Source of the DNA: an uncultured Chloroflexia bacterium
GTDB lineage: Bacteria > Chloroflexota > Anaerolineae > Anaerolineales > Villigracilaceae
Direction: 5' to 3'
Assembly (NCBI GenBank): GCA_963784915.1
Contig: CAWATK010000005.1
Location: 18,708-82,707, forward strand
DNA length: 64,000 bases
Shown: piece by piece, positions 37,280 to 48,203 of the stretch
How positions within the stretch are numbered: position 1 is the stretch's first letter
Layout of the letters: every line of letters begins with the position of its first letter
Translations under genes and position numbers: made by a program
The notes under the pieces: model-generated
What the model was told of the DNA's origin: nothing
The model's database searches: none
The model's input: the letters and a program-made list of their open reading frames with translations, nothing else

Positions 37280-38830
37280 TTATCGGTTTCCTCCGGCGAT
37301 GACCGAAATAAACAAGACCAGGAACAACAAGCCCCACATAATGCCGGCCTCACCCTCCATGCTGCGCGTTATGGCCCCCGCCAGGCGTTGTAGACTGCCT
37401 CCCACTTGGGAGCCCTCCCGTCGAACAGAAGTCGACGCGGCGCTCAACCACTTTGGGATCCAATCGGCCGGAGCGGGGTTTAACATCGGCAATCGTCGCT
37501 TTGCCAGCGCAAGCGCGATGGCCATCGGCATCACAAGCACCGCGGCCAGCGGCGCGCCAATTTGCAGCGCTCCCGGCCATCCGCCAAGTCCCAATAAGAT
37601 GCCAAGCAATATCGGCAGACCAACGGCGGAGTACTGTAATCCTCTGAGCGCCAGAACCTCCACTCGCATGGCGGCATTAACCCGCCGGCTCATTGCCATG
37701 TGGAAGCCGCCGGCGAGCAACATCGCTTGGCTTGCCAGGAAGAAAGGGATGATCCATGTCCCGTTGCTGGCTGGAACCTGCCAGGCCGTCGCCGTCAGGG
37801 AGAAAGGCAGCGCCGAAACGATCCATAGGCCAACCAGCAGCGTTTGTCTTGCCCACTGGTCAGCCACAGAGTTGACAAAAAGCGGGCTTCCAACCAGGAG
37901 CATGGTGCAGCCCCAACTTGCCGCGCCGTTCGGATTACCAAGCAGCGACGCGGCCACCGCCAGGCCGCCAACACCCAGTATCCAGAAGGGGCGGGCTTCT
38001 TCAAAACTCGCAGCACGCAGGAACATCCATCCTGCGTACAAACTCACCGCGGCGCACACGATCTGAATGGGCAGTCCACCCGTTCCAGCCGGCAGCTGCG
38101 CGATAAACCCCACGCTGGCCGCGCCGGCCGCCAGTTGAAGGATGCTATCTACCTCGTCTCTACCGGCCGCCTCGGACTTTGGCCAGGGAATTGCGAAGGC
38201 CCCCAGACGCAACAACGCCGCGGCTGGAAGCAGCGACAGGCTCGCAGACGATTGCATCTCGCCAAATTTGGCGCCAGCCGATCCGGCATCACCGAGCACG
38301 AAAGCAAGGAGGACAAGGCCCGTGCTCCCGAGTCTCATCGTGAATGCGTAAGGGACCTGGGTAGTGCTGGAGCGGTCATCCAATCTTGCCAGCAGAAGAC
38401 CTGCCTCGGCGAGGTCAAGGGCCGCCCAGAACAGGACTAGGGTGAGTGCGCTATCCGCCGACAGCGCCAGGACGCCCAGCCCGGACAGGGCAAGGCAGGC
38501 AGCCCATGTTCTGGGGGCCGGAAAGCGGGGCCGCCCTGGTGCTGAAAGCAGAACTGTCACCGCTGCCGTCACCATCGCAAGCAAACTGGGCCAAGTCGTG
38601 GCTCCAACAGTGAATGAGGCGAAGGATGCAGCCGACGTTTTCGACTGCCACAGAAAGGCATCCAGCCGCCCCGGTAACTCGGCTCGCATCAACAGCGCGC
38701 CAATCCACGCAACTAGGGTGCATACAAGCGACAACAACCAGCTGAATCGGAAACGTGGACGGACTGCACGCAGAATTCCAAGCGCGCAGGCGCCTGCTAA
38801 CAAAGGTAACGCGGCGATGAGGATTCCCAT
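37280..38830 (-). CDS. Large polytopic membrane protein, degenerate antiporter-like subunit
   Basis: 516 aa from ATG 38830 (MGILIAALPLLAGACALGIL...). LRLGAFAIPWPKSEAAG resembles a decayed K-x-A-x-x-P-x-H-x-W-L-P motif. The 146-codon upstream extension in the ORF track overlaps the divergent gene and looks non-coding. Confidence 0.55.
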   Translation of the reverse strand: MGILIAALPLLAGACALGILRAVRPRFRFSWLLSLVCTLVAWIGALLMRAELPGRLDAFLWQSKTSAASFASFTVGATTWPSLLAMVTAAVTVLLSAPGRPRFPAPRTWAACLALSGLGVLALSADSALTLVLFWAALDLAEAGLLLARLDDRSSTTQVPYAFTMRLGSTGLVLLAFVLGDAGSAGAKFGEMQSSASLSLLPAAALLRLGAFAIPWPKSEAAGRDEVDSILQLAAGAASVGFIAQLPAGTGGLPIQIVCAAVSLYAGWMFLRAASFEEARPFWILGVGGLAVAASLLGNPNGAASWGCTMLLVGSPLFVNSVADQWARQTLLVGLWIVSALPFSLTATAWQVPASNGTWIIPFFLASQAMLLAGGFHMAMSRRVNAAMRVEVLALRGLQYSAVGLPILLGILLGLGGWPGALQIGAPLAAVLVMPMAIALALAKRRLPMLNPAPADWIPKWLSAASTSVRREGSQVGGSLQRLAGAITRSMEGEAGIMWGLLFLVLFISVIAGGNR

Positions 38831-38906
38831 GCGGCGAAGGGATTCTATCAGCTTTGAATGTACCCGACTCCGTGTGCCGCACCTGCTTTGGTACAATGAT
38901 TCGTAC

Positions 38907-40210
38907 ATGTTGCCTCGCCGCGGCAATCTCTCGCTCGCGTTACTGAGCCTGTGCATCTGGGGCGCGTGCGCAAGCCCTCGGGCTTCGGCGGCGACGGAGA
39001 TGCAAGGGGCGGGTGAAATTCGTGTCGCCGTGCTCGCATCCCCCGAAGGGCGCGCGGCACACGCAGCCCTCAAACCCGGCTCCCGTGCTGTTTCGGTAGC
39101 CAGCCGCTCAAGCCCTGCCGCATCCACGGCGAAGCCGAGTGGAACCCCCGCTCCACCAGCCAGGACTGCTACACCGGTTGCCGCGCGCGTGATCAACCCA
39201 CTGACCGGGTTGCCCGCACCGGATGCCGCCTTGCTGGACAGACGGCCGCTTGCGATAAAGATCTCCAACTACCCGCGTGATATTCGGCCGCAATTTGGAC
39301 TGAACGAAGCCGATGTTGTTTTTGAGTACTACATTGAGTGGGGCTACACGAGATTCATTGGCCTCATGTACAGCGCGAATGCCACCAAGATCGGCCCGGT
39401 TCGCTCCGGACGCTACTTTGACGAGCACATCACCCGCATGTATCAGGCCTTCTACGTGTTCAACTTCGCCGATCCCCGGGAGTACCGTTACTTCCTGGGA
39501 GGCGACCTGGCGAAATCGATGGTGGTACCTGGCGGGAACTGTTCGGTGGCTCCGTTCTTCACGTCGCGGGGTAGCTCGGTGACAGGGGATGCCTCGCACT
39601 ACGAGTGTTACTTTGACTCGAACTCGCTTCGACGAGTACCTGGCGCGCAAGAATGCGGACAATTCCCGGCCGGATATCCGCCCAACGTACTTTGCTGCAC
39701 GGCCGCCGAACGGTGGCGTGGATGTCGACCGGATCTTCACGTACTACTCACGCTGCGACTATAACTACTGGGATTATGACCCGCGGTCTTCTCGATATCT
39801 TCGTTTCCAGGAAGCGCCGGCGAGCAAGGATCCGCGTTCCATCAATGACTGCACCGACGATCCTCAAACCTATGAACCGCTGGTGGATTCAGTCGTGCAC
39901 AAGCAGGTCTTTGCGGACAACGTGGTTGTGCTCTATGTCTCGCACACGTTCGCCAACGAGAACGAACAAAGCGACGAGATCTATCATATCGATCTCATCG
40001 AACTCTGGGCGCGCCTATGTATTCCGTGATGGCGTGGCAATCCCGGCGCGCTGGGTGCGCACCGACATCGATAGGCCGCTGGTGCTTACAACATTGGACG
40101 GCAATCCGCTGGGCCTCCGCCCGGGCCGGTCATTCTATGAGGTCATCGGTGAGACGAGCCATGATTGGTCGGACGGTGTTGATTGGCACTTCGAGTTCCA
40201 TACTCCTTGA
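38907..40210 (+). CDS. DUF3048 domain lipoprotein; frameshifts near 39625 and 40000
   Basis: Signal/lipobox-like LALLSLCIWGAC, then NPLTGLPAPDAALLDRRPLAIKISNYPRDIRPQFGLNEADVVFEYYIEWGYTRFIGLMY. It continues in two other frames (RFDEYLARKNADNS...; SGRAYVFRDGVAIPARWVR...). Confidence 0.75.
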
Positions 40211-40286
40211 AGGGGTACAATTGCCCGAAACTCCGGCGGACGCGAGGGTCTAGGGCCATGAAGCCACCTCGCCGGTGGGTGCTGGC

Positions 40287-41775
40287 ATGACGGATGGCGA
40301 TTACCGCATTGAGAGAGACTCGCTCGGGGAAATGCGCGTGCCGGCTCGCGCGCTGTATGGCGTGCAGGCTGCCCGCGCCGTCGAGAACTTTCCCATTTCC
40401 GGGCTTCGGCCATGGCGGGCCTTCATCTGGTCCATCGCTCTCATAAAGCGTGCCGCGGCGGAAGTCAATTCAGATCTCGGACTGTTCCATGAGCGCGAGG
40501 TCGATGGCCGCAGGATCCCCGCGGCTGACCTGGTTCGGTCAATTGCCGAGGCCGCGCAGGAAGTCATGGACATGAAGTGGGATTCGGAGTTCGTGGTCGA
40601 TCCATTCCAGGCCGGGGCTGGCACTAGTCACAATATGAATGCCAATGAGGTGATTGCCAACCGCGCAACTCAGTTGCTGGGCGGCAATGCCGGTCAGTAC
40701 TACGTCCATCCGAACGACCACGTCAACATGGCCCAATCCACCAACGATGTCATTCCAACTGCTATCCGGTTGGGTGCATTATGGCGGCTCGACGAGTTGG
40801 TGTCCGCTGTAAAGGCGCTTGAGTCCGCGCTGGCGGCGAAAGCCGATGAGTTTGACGGCATCGTCAAGTCGGGCAGGAACTCACTTGCAGGACGCGGTCC
40901 CCGTGCGTCTGGGCCAGGAGTTTGGTGCCTACGCCAAGGCGATGGAGCGGGAAAGCGAGCGCTTGCTGCACGCTGCTCAGGGCTTGCGGCGTCTGGGAAT
41001 TGGCGGGACAGCCGTTGGTTCAGGCCTGAACGCTCATCCGGAGTACCACCGCCGCATGGTCCGGCGCTTATCCGAGCTCAGCGGCCTTCAGTTGACAGAG
41101 TCCGACAACCTGTTTGAGTCGATGCAGTCCCTCGCAGACGTGGCTGAGTTCTCCGCCGCCATGCGCACCCTGGCGCTGACTCTAATTCGCATTGCCAATG
41201 ACCTGCGGCTGCTTGCCTCGGGACCGTCCACCGGCTTGGATGAGATCCGCCTGCCAGCGGTACAGCCCGGATCGAGCATCATGCCGGGCAAAGTTAACCC
41301 GGTTATGGCGGAAATGCTGGATCAGGCCATGTTCCACGTCATTGGCTGCGACACAGCTGTGAGCTACGCCGTCCAGGCCGGTCAGCTGGAACTCAATGTG
41401 ATGATGCCCGTGATTGCTCACAACCTGTTCGAGATGATGCAGGTCTTGATCGGCGCTATCACTGCCTTCACGGAGCGGGCGGTGCGCGGCATTACCGCCA
41501 ACCCGGAAAAGGCGGAGGGCTGGCTCGCCCGCAATGCGATTATTGTCACGGCACTGAATCCTCTGATTGGATATTCACAGGGCGCCGCCCTCGTGAAAGA
41601 CGCCCTGTCCAAGAACGCTTCAATTCGGGAGCTGGCTGTGCAAAAAGCGCGGGCAGGCGAGCTTCGGCACCGTGATGAGGATCGAGCAGTCAAGCCCGAG
41701 GAGATCGAGGCGGCGCTTTCCGACTTACGACGGTTGACAGAAGGCGGCATACTTGGCGTTGCCGCCGGCGGGTAG
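40287..41775 (+). CDS. aspA: Aspartate ammonia-lyase (fumarase/aspartase family); 1-nt frameshift near 40878
   Basis: YRIERDSLGEMRVPARALYGVQAARAVENFPISG, GTSHNMNANEVIANRA and the SS-loop GSSIMPGKVNPVMAE (aspartase-like). The junction is ...VKSGR / THLQDAVPVRLGQEF, with an extra A in aggaac. Confidence 0.85.
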
Positions 41776-41783
41776 GAGGCGCG

Positions 41784-42305
41784 ATGTTGGTCGATCCGTC
41801 ATTCATGAGCAATCTGGTTCTCGTCTTGACCGCCTTCGGGGGCGCCTTTGTGGTGGCTCTGTGGATATCTCTCATCATTTGGGCATACCGAGACATCCGT
41901 CGGCGGAGCCGGGATCCGCTCGTGCAAATCCTCTCCGCATTGCTGGTAGCCGTGTTGAACTTCCCCGGCGCACTCGTCTACCTCATCTTGCGACCGGCGC
42001 GCACCCTGGAGGACGAATACCAGCGCACACTGGAGGAGGAATCCCTTCTGCAGGCCCTGGAGGAATTGCCGCTCTGTCCGGGATGCGAACGCCGTGTGAA
42101 GGACGATTGGCAGCTGTGCCCGAATTGCCACACCAAACTCAAGAAGGCCTGCCATCAATGTGGCCGCCTGATGGAGCTGCCGTGGAACATCTGCCCTTAC
42201 TGCGGGACGCCGGTTCCTGGCATGCGCGCCGAGGGGCTGGACCTGGACGATGCCTTGCGGGATCTGAAGCTCGAGGACCCCGCAGATCAGCCCAGCGGGT
42301 CTTGA
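41784..42305 (+). CDS. Membrane protein with a PLDc_N-like N-terminal domain and a C-terminal double zinc ribbon
   Basis: IIWAYRDIRRRSRD...ALVYLILRP resembles PLD-nuclease N-terminal TM domains. The zinc ribbon reads CPGCERRV...CPNCHTKL...CHQCGRL...CPYCGTP. Confidence 0.7.
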   Translation: MLVDPSFMSNLVLVLTAFGGAFVVALWISLIIWAYRDIRRRSRDPLVQILSALLVAVLNFPGALVYLILRPARTLEDEYQRTLEEESLLQALEELPLCPGCERRVKDDWQLCPNCHTKLKKACHQCGRLMELPWNICPYCGTPVPGMRAEGLDLDDALRDLKLEDPADQPSGS

Positions 42306-42352
42306 GCGGCTCGACCCGTTGCTGCTGCCCCGCAACTTGACAACGGAAAAGT

Positions 42353-44408
42353 ATGGCTCGTGACCTCGCGCGGCGATGGTGGACCGTCGGTCCTGCACTC
42401 AGTCGGATCGCCGGTTCGCGGCTCTTCTATCCCCTCATAACTCTCGCAATCGGGGCCGTCACGTATCTGTATGCGGTGCCCTGGTTGGGCTATTTCTGGG
42501 ACGACTGGGAAGTGGTCTTCCTTCTCAACGCAAAAAACGCAGGCCTCTTTACACAGTACTTTGCCTTTGATCGGCCCTTCGCCTGGCCGTATCAGGTCAT
42601 GTATGCGCTGGTCGGTCTGAAGCCGCTGGCCTGGCATTCCGCGACGTACCTCGTGCGGTGGGCTGGCATTCTGCTGCTGTACTATTCCTTCTTGCAGGTG
42701 TGGCCACGGCAAAGTCGCTACCTGCAGTGGGCAGGCCTCTTGACCCTCGTCTATCCGGGGTACTTGCAGCAGTCAATTTCAGGTGCGTATAACCGGCATT
42801 TCACGGCGTTTTTTGTTTTCGCACTATCCATTTACCTCATGACCCTCAGCACCCGCACCGGCAGGCTTGGCTGGCTTGCCGCTCTCGGCTCGTGGGTGGC
42901 AGCGTTCATACACCTCTTCACGATTGAGTACTTTGTCGGACTGGAATTGGCGCGACCCTTGCTGATTTGGCTGTTGGTGTCGGGTCGGGATGGCCAGGGT
43001 CGAGGCAGGGCCATTCGTCGGACGGCGCTCCTGGCCCTGCCGTACTTCCTCATGCTCGCCTTCTATTTCTGGTGGCGACTGGCCGTCTTTCCGGCAACGA
43101 TCCCCATCTCAAACTACGCCGGCGACTTCAAGTTGCTGCAGGATTTTGAGACATCCGTGGTTTCGGGAGTCCTGGTGGTCCTAACCCGGGCATTCCTGGA
43201 CATGGTCCATGCCACGCTACAGGTTTGGCCATCGTTCCTCACCGATCCGGATGCATGGACACTTCAGGCTAAGATCTCGTGGCTTGCATGGGCCCTCGGC
43301 GCGGGCATGGCGCTGGTATTCTGGCGCATGGGCGATGCAGCTCGAGCGATCCGAGGCTCAGATTCGAGGCCGCCCCGTTCCATGCTGTGGTTTGGCTTGT
43401 GGGCCTTCCTCGTGAGTGGGCTGCCCATTTGGCTGACGAGCAAGCAACTCAGCTCTCTGGGCCGCTGGGACGATCGTTTTGCACTTGCGCCAATGCTCCC
43501 GGCCTGCATACTTGTCGTCTGCTTTGTGGGGGGGCTGGTGCGGGGGAGGTGGCAAGGCCCGTTGCTGGCGGTACTACTGGCGGTTTCAGCGGCGACGCAG
43601 GTGCTGGTCGTGAACCGCTATCGCCTGGATTGGGCGGGACAGAACCAGTACTACTGGCAGTTGCATTGGCGCGCACCCGCGCTCGCCCCCGGCACCGCGG
43701 TCATTTCATTCGAACAACCTTCAGCATCCGTGCCCGGCTACGATGCCAGCTTCGCAATGAACATCCTCTATCACGGCGACGTAAATGCCGAATATCTACC
43801 CTACTGGTTCTTCACGAATGATCGATTCCTAAACTTCGAACTTAAGCCCGACAAAGCCATCTCATTCAAGGATCGCAATCTCAGATTCAAAGGAACGACC
43901 TCTTCAGCCATTGCGATCATCCGTCAGGGCCAAGAGCGCTGCCTGCAGGTGCTCGACTCGGCCTATACGGGACAGCCGTTCTACGAGCTGAATCAGGAAC
44001 AATTGGTCGGAATCTCGAACACTGCCCGGATCGACCGCAACGCTGATCTTCCGCCAGACAGCGACATCTTCGGACCTGAACCGGACAGATCATGGTGCTA
44101 CTACTTTGAGAAGGCCGACCTCGCACGCCAATTCGGCGACTGGGATGAGATCCTCAACCTGGAGCGCGAGGCCCGCCGACGTGGTTACTCGGCACATTTC
44201 GGCCCGGAACTCTTGCCGTTCATCGAGGCGCACGCTCAGTCGGGCGACTGGGCCGGCTGCGCTGGAGTTGAGCCGCCAGGCGCAAGCTACGGTTTCGGAG
44301 ATGGAACCGCTGCTTTGCCTCACATGGTCGCGGTTGTCTCAGATCAGTACTGCCGACTCCACCCTTGTACAGTCAGCCCGGGACGCGTTCGGCTGCCAGA
44401 CCCCCTGA
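42353..44408 (+). CDS. Large polytopic membrane protein with a C-terminal soluble domain (GT-C-like, function unknown); frameshift near 44252
   Basis: About 12 TM helices over roughly 430 aa, then a soluble domain. After ...AQSGDW the GC3-rich frame switches to AALELSRQAQATVSEMEPLLCLTWSRL..., ending with TGA at 44406-44408. Confidence 0.6.
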
Positions 44409-44415
44409 ACCTCAT

Positions 44416-45528
44416 ATGAAGATAGATGGCGCGACCCTGTATCACCTGCGGATGCCCCTGGCGGCCCCTTTCGAGACTTCATTTGGCAGGGAGGTTGACC
44501 GAGAGTGCATACTGATTGTGATCCGATCGGACGGCGCACTCGGCTTGGGAGAGTGCGTGGCGACGCGCGACCCCGGTTACAACTACGAAACCACCGGAAC
44601 AGCCTGGCACATCCTTCGCGACTTCATTCTCCCACCCGTCCTCGGCCACGACATCAGCACGATCCCCGACTTTCGCAGCCTCGTCGCCAGAATCCGCGGC
44701 CATCACCTGGCCAAGGCTGGCATGGAGATGGCCCTCTGGGACATCTTCGGACAATTGCAGGCCAAATCGCTGCGTGAGATGCTCGGGGGAACGCTGCCAC
44801 GCGTCGAGGTGGGCGTCTCGATCGGACTGCAAGAATCTCCCGCAGCGCTGGTGTCAACCGTTCGCACGTACCTGAAACAGGGCTACGGCCGTGTGAAGAT
44901 AAAGATCAAGCCGGGCAGGGACGTAGACGACACGGCCGCCGTCCGCAGGGCCTTTACAGCCCTGCGTTTGCAGGTGGACGCGAACTCCTCATTCACTCTT
45001 CAGTCAGCGGGCGCCCTCAAGCCCCTGGATGACCTGGATCTGCTCCTGATCGAGCAGCCGCTCTTTGAGGATGACATTTGGGATCATCGGATACTGCAGG
45101 CGGAGTTACGTACCCCCATCTGCCTTGACGAGAGCATCGTTTCGCCGCGTCACGCGCGCTACGCGTTGGAAATGAAGGCCTGCCGGATCATCAATATCAA
45201 GGCGGCCCGCCTGGGCGGCCTCAGCCAGGCCGTCGAGGTCCACGACCTGTGCGAAGCAGCTGGTGTCCCCGTGTGGTGTGGCGGGATGTTGGAAACCGGC
45301 GTGGGCCGCGCCTCGAACCTGGCACTGGCATCCCTGCCTGGGTTCACTTTGCCGGCAGATATTTCGGCCTCCGAACGCTACTATCACCGTGACATCACTC
45401 ACGAGAGCTTCTCCTTGGGTCCAGATAGCACAATTGATGTACCGAAGGGGACAGGCCTTGGGGTAATGCTGGACGAAGCGGCTGTTGCGGACTACACACT
45501 GGTGCGCGAGGAATTCAAGCGCCCTTGA
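44416..45528 (+). CDS. Enolase-superfamily enzyme, o-succinylbenzoate synthase / N-acylamino acid racemase type
   Basis: MKIDGATLYHLRMPLAAPFETSFG..., KIKIKPGRD, LLLIEQPLFEDD, LDESI and IINIKAARLGG show the MR/MLE family metal-ligand pattern. Confidence 0.8.
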   Translation: MKIDGATLYHLRMPLAAPFETSFGREVDRECILIVIRSDGALGLGECVATRDPGYNYETTGTAWHILRDFILPPVLGHDISTIPDFRSLVARIRGHHLAKAGMEMALWDIFGQLQAKSLREMLGGTLPRVEVGVSIGLQESPAALVSTVRTYLKQGYGRVKIKIKPGRDVDDTAAVRRAFTALRLQVDANSSFTLQSAGALKPLDDLDLLLIEQPLFEDDIWDHRILQAELRTPICLDESIVSPRHARYALEMKACRIINIKAARLGGLSQAVEVHDLCEAAGVPVWCGGMLETGVGRASNLALASLPGFTLPADISASERYYHRDITHESFSLGPDSTIDVPKGTGLGVMLDEAAVADYTLVREEFKRP

Positions 45529-45553
45529 GTATCCAGGCTAGGGATAGCACTTA

Positions 45554-47353
45554 ATGACTTCCGGATCCGGGGCGGCGCGTGGCGCCGTTCGAGCCGCGAC
45601 CAGGACCAAAACCGGCCCGCCCGTGCAACTGGGAAACCGCATATTTGCGTTGGCGATGGCGTTGTCGATCAGCGCCTGCGGATTGTCTCCTGCTCGCTCG
45701 ATGAGCACTCAGGCGCCGCAGGCACTGCAAGCCGTCTCAACCGTGTCGGCACCTGCCCTTTGGATCTCGCCGGCAGCTCCAGATTCCCTTCGGCTCGTGG
45801 CTGAATCCGGTGGCATACCGCTCGTACCGGATCCGGCGCAGGCGTCGATGCAGCTCGCCCTTATGAAGTCCCCGGGTTCGATTGGCAGTGACTGGTTCTA
45901 CGCCCTGGTGGTGCCCTTTCCAACGATACTGGACGGCGTCACGACCGAGGAACTTCGCGATGCCTGGCGCGGAGAATCCACCTCGCCATTTGCCGCTTGG
46001 CCCCTGTGGATGTCTGAGTCCGAGCTGCAACTGTTGTCGAGCGCTTGGGGCGAGCCCGGGATCGTCGTACGGACGGCCCCACAGGACGCGATCCTGGATG
46101 CGGCCTGGAAGGGAATGCCATCGTGGGCGATCGTCCCATTCGAATCGCTAGAGCCGCGCTGGAAAGTACTCACCATCGATGGCGCCTCACCCATTCGCAA
46201 GGACTTTCAAGCGGATGCGTATCCGTTGCGGTTTCGCTTTGGTTTGTCTGGTGACGGCGCCGCGGCCCTTGCCGCGACGCTCCCACCGACGAATCGCGAT
46301 GTATCCAGGCTGACGACTGTGATGCTGACGGGCACAAGTGCTCTCGTGCGCGAAATCGCATATCAGATGGAGGTTAAAGGCATCACGTACCCCGCGCAGG
46401 ACATCGGAGCGTGGCTGCGCGAGGCCGACATCCTCCACGTGAGCCACGAAACCTCATTCGATCCTGCGTGCCCGCCTCCAAATCCCCTGAAGCCGCGTTT
46501 CTTCTGCAGCAGCCCAAGCTACGCCGGGCTATTCGACGACGTGGGCGTGGATGTGGTGGAGTTGACTGGCAACCACATCCTCGACAATGGCGCCGCCTCG
46601 ATGCTATACACGCTGCAACTCTACCGAGAGCATGGCTTCTCGTATTTTGGCGGCGGCGCAAACCTGGCGGATGCCCGGAAGCCACTGCTTCTTGAGGATC
46701 ACGGCAACAAGCTTGCTTTCCTGGGCTGCAACTTCGCGGAGCCTCCCCAACCCCTCGCGACATCGCGCCTTCCTGGCGCGAACCCATGTGATTGGGCGCA
46801 GCTTGAACAACAGCTCAAGACCGTTAAGGCGGAAGGCTACCTGCCCATCGTAACCCTGCAATACAAAGAAGGCTACTCGCCGATGGTGATGCCGTGGCAA
46901 TCCATCGATTTTCACCGGCCCGCTGCAGGTGGAGCCGTTATCGTCAGCGGCAGCCAATCACACGTGCCGCTGCAGATGGAGTTCTTCCAGGGCGCTTTCA
47001 TTCACTATGGACTGGGCAACCTCTTCTTCGGTCAGATGGCCAATCAGCCGCCCGGGCCGGGTCTACCACTCCAGCCGGCCGTGCGGTACGAGTTCCTGGA
47101 CCGCCATGTGATCTACGCCGGAAGGTATATCAGCACGGAGTTGCTGACTGCGATGCTCGAGGACTACGCCCGGCCGAGGCCCATGACGCCGCCTGAGCGG
47201 GCCCAGATCCTTCAAGAGTACTTTGGGTACAGCGGCTGGCTGCCACTGATTGCAACTCCGGCCCCCGCACAAACGCCAACCCTCTACCCCCTGCTGAGGT
47301 TCGTACCGCTTCCGACCTATACCCCGTTTCCAACTTTCACTTCACAGCCATGA
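45554..47353 (+). CDS. CapA/PGA_cap family metallophosphatase-like protein with an N-terminal lipoprotein-like extension
   Basis: LTGTSALVREIA..., ADILHVSHETSF, VVELTGNHILDNG, FGGGANLADARKP and IVSGSQSHVPLQME fit the CapA pattern. Confidence 0.75.
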   Translation: MTSGSGAARGAVRAATRTKTGPPVQLGNRIFALAMALSISACGLSPARSMSTQAPQALQAVSTVSAPALWISPAAPDSLRLVAESGGIPLVPDPAQASMQLALMKSPGSIGSDWFYALVVPFPTILDGVTTEELRDAWRGESTSPFAAWPLWMSESELQLLSSAWGEPGIVVRTAPQDAILDAAWKGMPSWAIVPFESLEPRWKVLTIDGASPIRKDFQADAYPLRFRFGLSGDGAAALAATLPPTNRDVSRLTTVMLTGTSALVREIAYQMEVKGITYPAQDIGAWLREADILHVSHETSFDPACPPPNPLKPRFFCSSPSYAGLFDDVGVDVVELTGNHILDNGAASMLYTLQLYREHGFSYFGGGANLADARKPLLLEDHGNKLAFLGCNFAEPPQPLATSRLPGANPCDWAQLEQQLKTVKAEGYLPIVTLQYKEGYSPMVMPWQSIDFHRPAAGGAVIVSGSQSHVPLQMEFFQGAFIHYGLGNLFFGQMANQPPGPGLPLQPAVRYEFLDRHVIYAGRYISTELLTAMLEDYARPRPMTPPERAQILQEYFGYSGWLPLIATPAPAQTPTLYPLLRFVPLPTYTPFPTFTSQP

Positions 47354-47370
47354 CTGGTGTGGCTACGACG

Positions 47371-48147
47371 CTATCTTGGCACCGGGAGGAAGTATCCACC
47401 ATCCACAAGAATCGTTTGGCCGACGATCATGCTGGCTTCGTCCGAGCATAGGAATGCGACCACCCCAGCCACGTCTTCCGGTGTGACGAGTCGCCGCGCC
47501 GGCACCAGGTCCACGAAGTGTTGCTCCAGTCCGGCCGGCCCACCGGCGGCGCCAAAGTGAGTCAGGGCCTCGGTCAAGACGACACCTGGGGAGACCGCGT
47601 TAACGTGTACATTCCTTTCGATCAGCTCCACGCCGAGGTAGCGCGTGAGCGACTCTAGTGCGGCTTTGCTCGCGCCCACCGCTACGTAGTTCGGGAGCAC
47701 GCGCTGAGAACCGTTGCTGGTCAAACTCACGATCCAGCCCGCGCCGCGCTTCTCCATGAGCGGCACAGCCTTTTGCGCGGCGAACAAGAGCGCGCGCGCA
47801 TTGATGTTCATCGTCCAGTCCCAGCCCTTGAGCTTCTGCTGCATCGCCGGCCTGTTGTAGCCCGATGCTGCACTGTGGATCAGTATGTCCAGTCCACCCC
47901 AGTCCTGGGCGACTTCCTCAAACATGCGATCCAGATCATCCGGGTCGCCGATGTCGGCCTTGATGACCTTGACCCGGCCACCAAAGGCGCCGACATCGCG
48001 CGCCGTGGCCTCAGCCGGCGCCCGGTTTCTGAAGAAGTTGATGACCACATCCGCACCGCTTTGCGCAAAATGCAGGGCAATTGCGCGGCCAATACCACGG
48101 CCCGAGCCGGTTATCAGGACCAGTTTGCCTTTGAAGTTGGGTGTCAT
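47371..48147 (-). CDS. Short-chain dehydrogenase/reductase, FabL-like enoyl-ACP reductase
   Basis: TGSGRGIGRAIAL, NAASG, WDWTMNINARALLFAAQ and YVAVGASKAALESLTRYLGVEL are close in pattern to B. subtilis FabL as I recall it. Confidence 0.7.
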   Translation of the reverse strand: MTPNFKGKLVLITGSGRGIGRAIALHFAQSGADVVINFFRNRAPAEATARDVGAFGGRVKVIKADIGDPDDLDRMFEEVAQDWGGLDILIHSAASGYNRPAMQQKLKGWDWTMNINARALLFAAQKAVPLMEKRGAGWIVSLTSNGSQRVLPNYVAVGASKAALESLTRYLGVELIERNVHVNAVSPGVVLTEALTHFGAAGGPAGLEQHFVDLVPARRLVTPEDVAGVVAFLCSDEASMIVGQTILVDGGYFLPVPR

Positions 48148-48203
48148 TGGGTGAGGGGAGTTGCGCCGAACGTCGCCGGCCGCATTGCCGGCGAAGAGCG
48201 CAT

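Noticed and set aside
38364-39268. Mutually overlapping N-terminal extensions of the divergent ORFs 37280-39268 (-) and 38364-39764 (+).
   Set aside because: The extensions overlap each other, look like low-complexity Arg/Ala/Ser/Pro sequence, and precede obvious real N-termini (MGILIAALPLLAG at 38830; signal peptide MLPRRGNLSLALLSLC at 38907).
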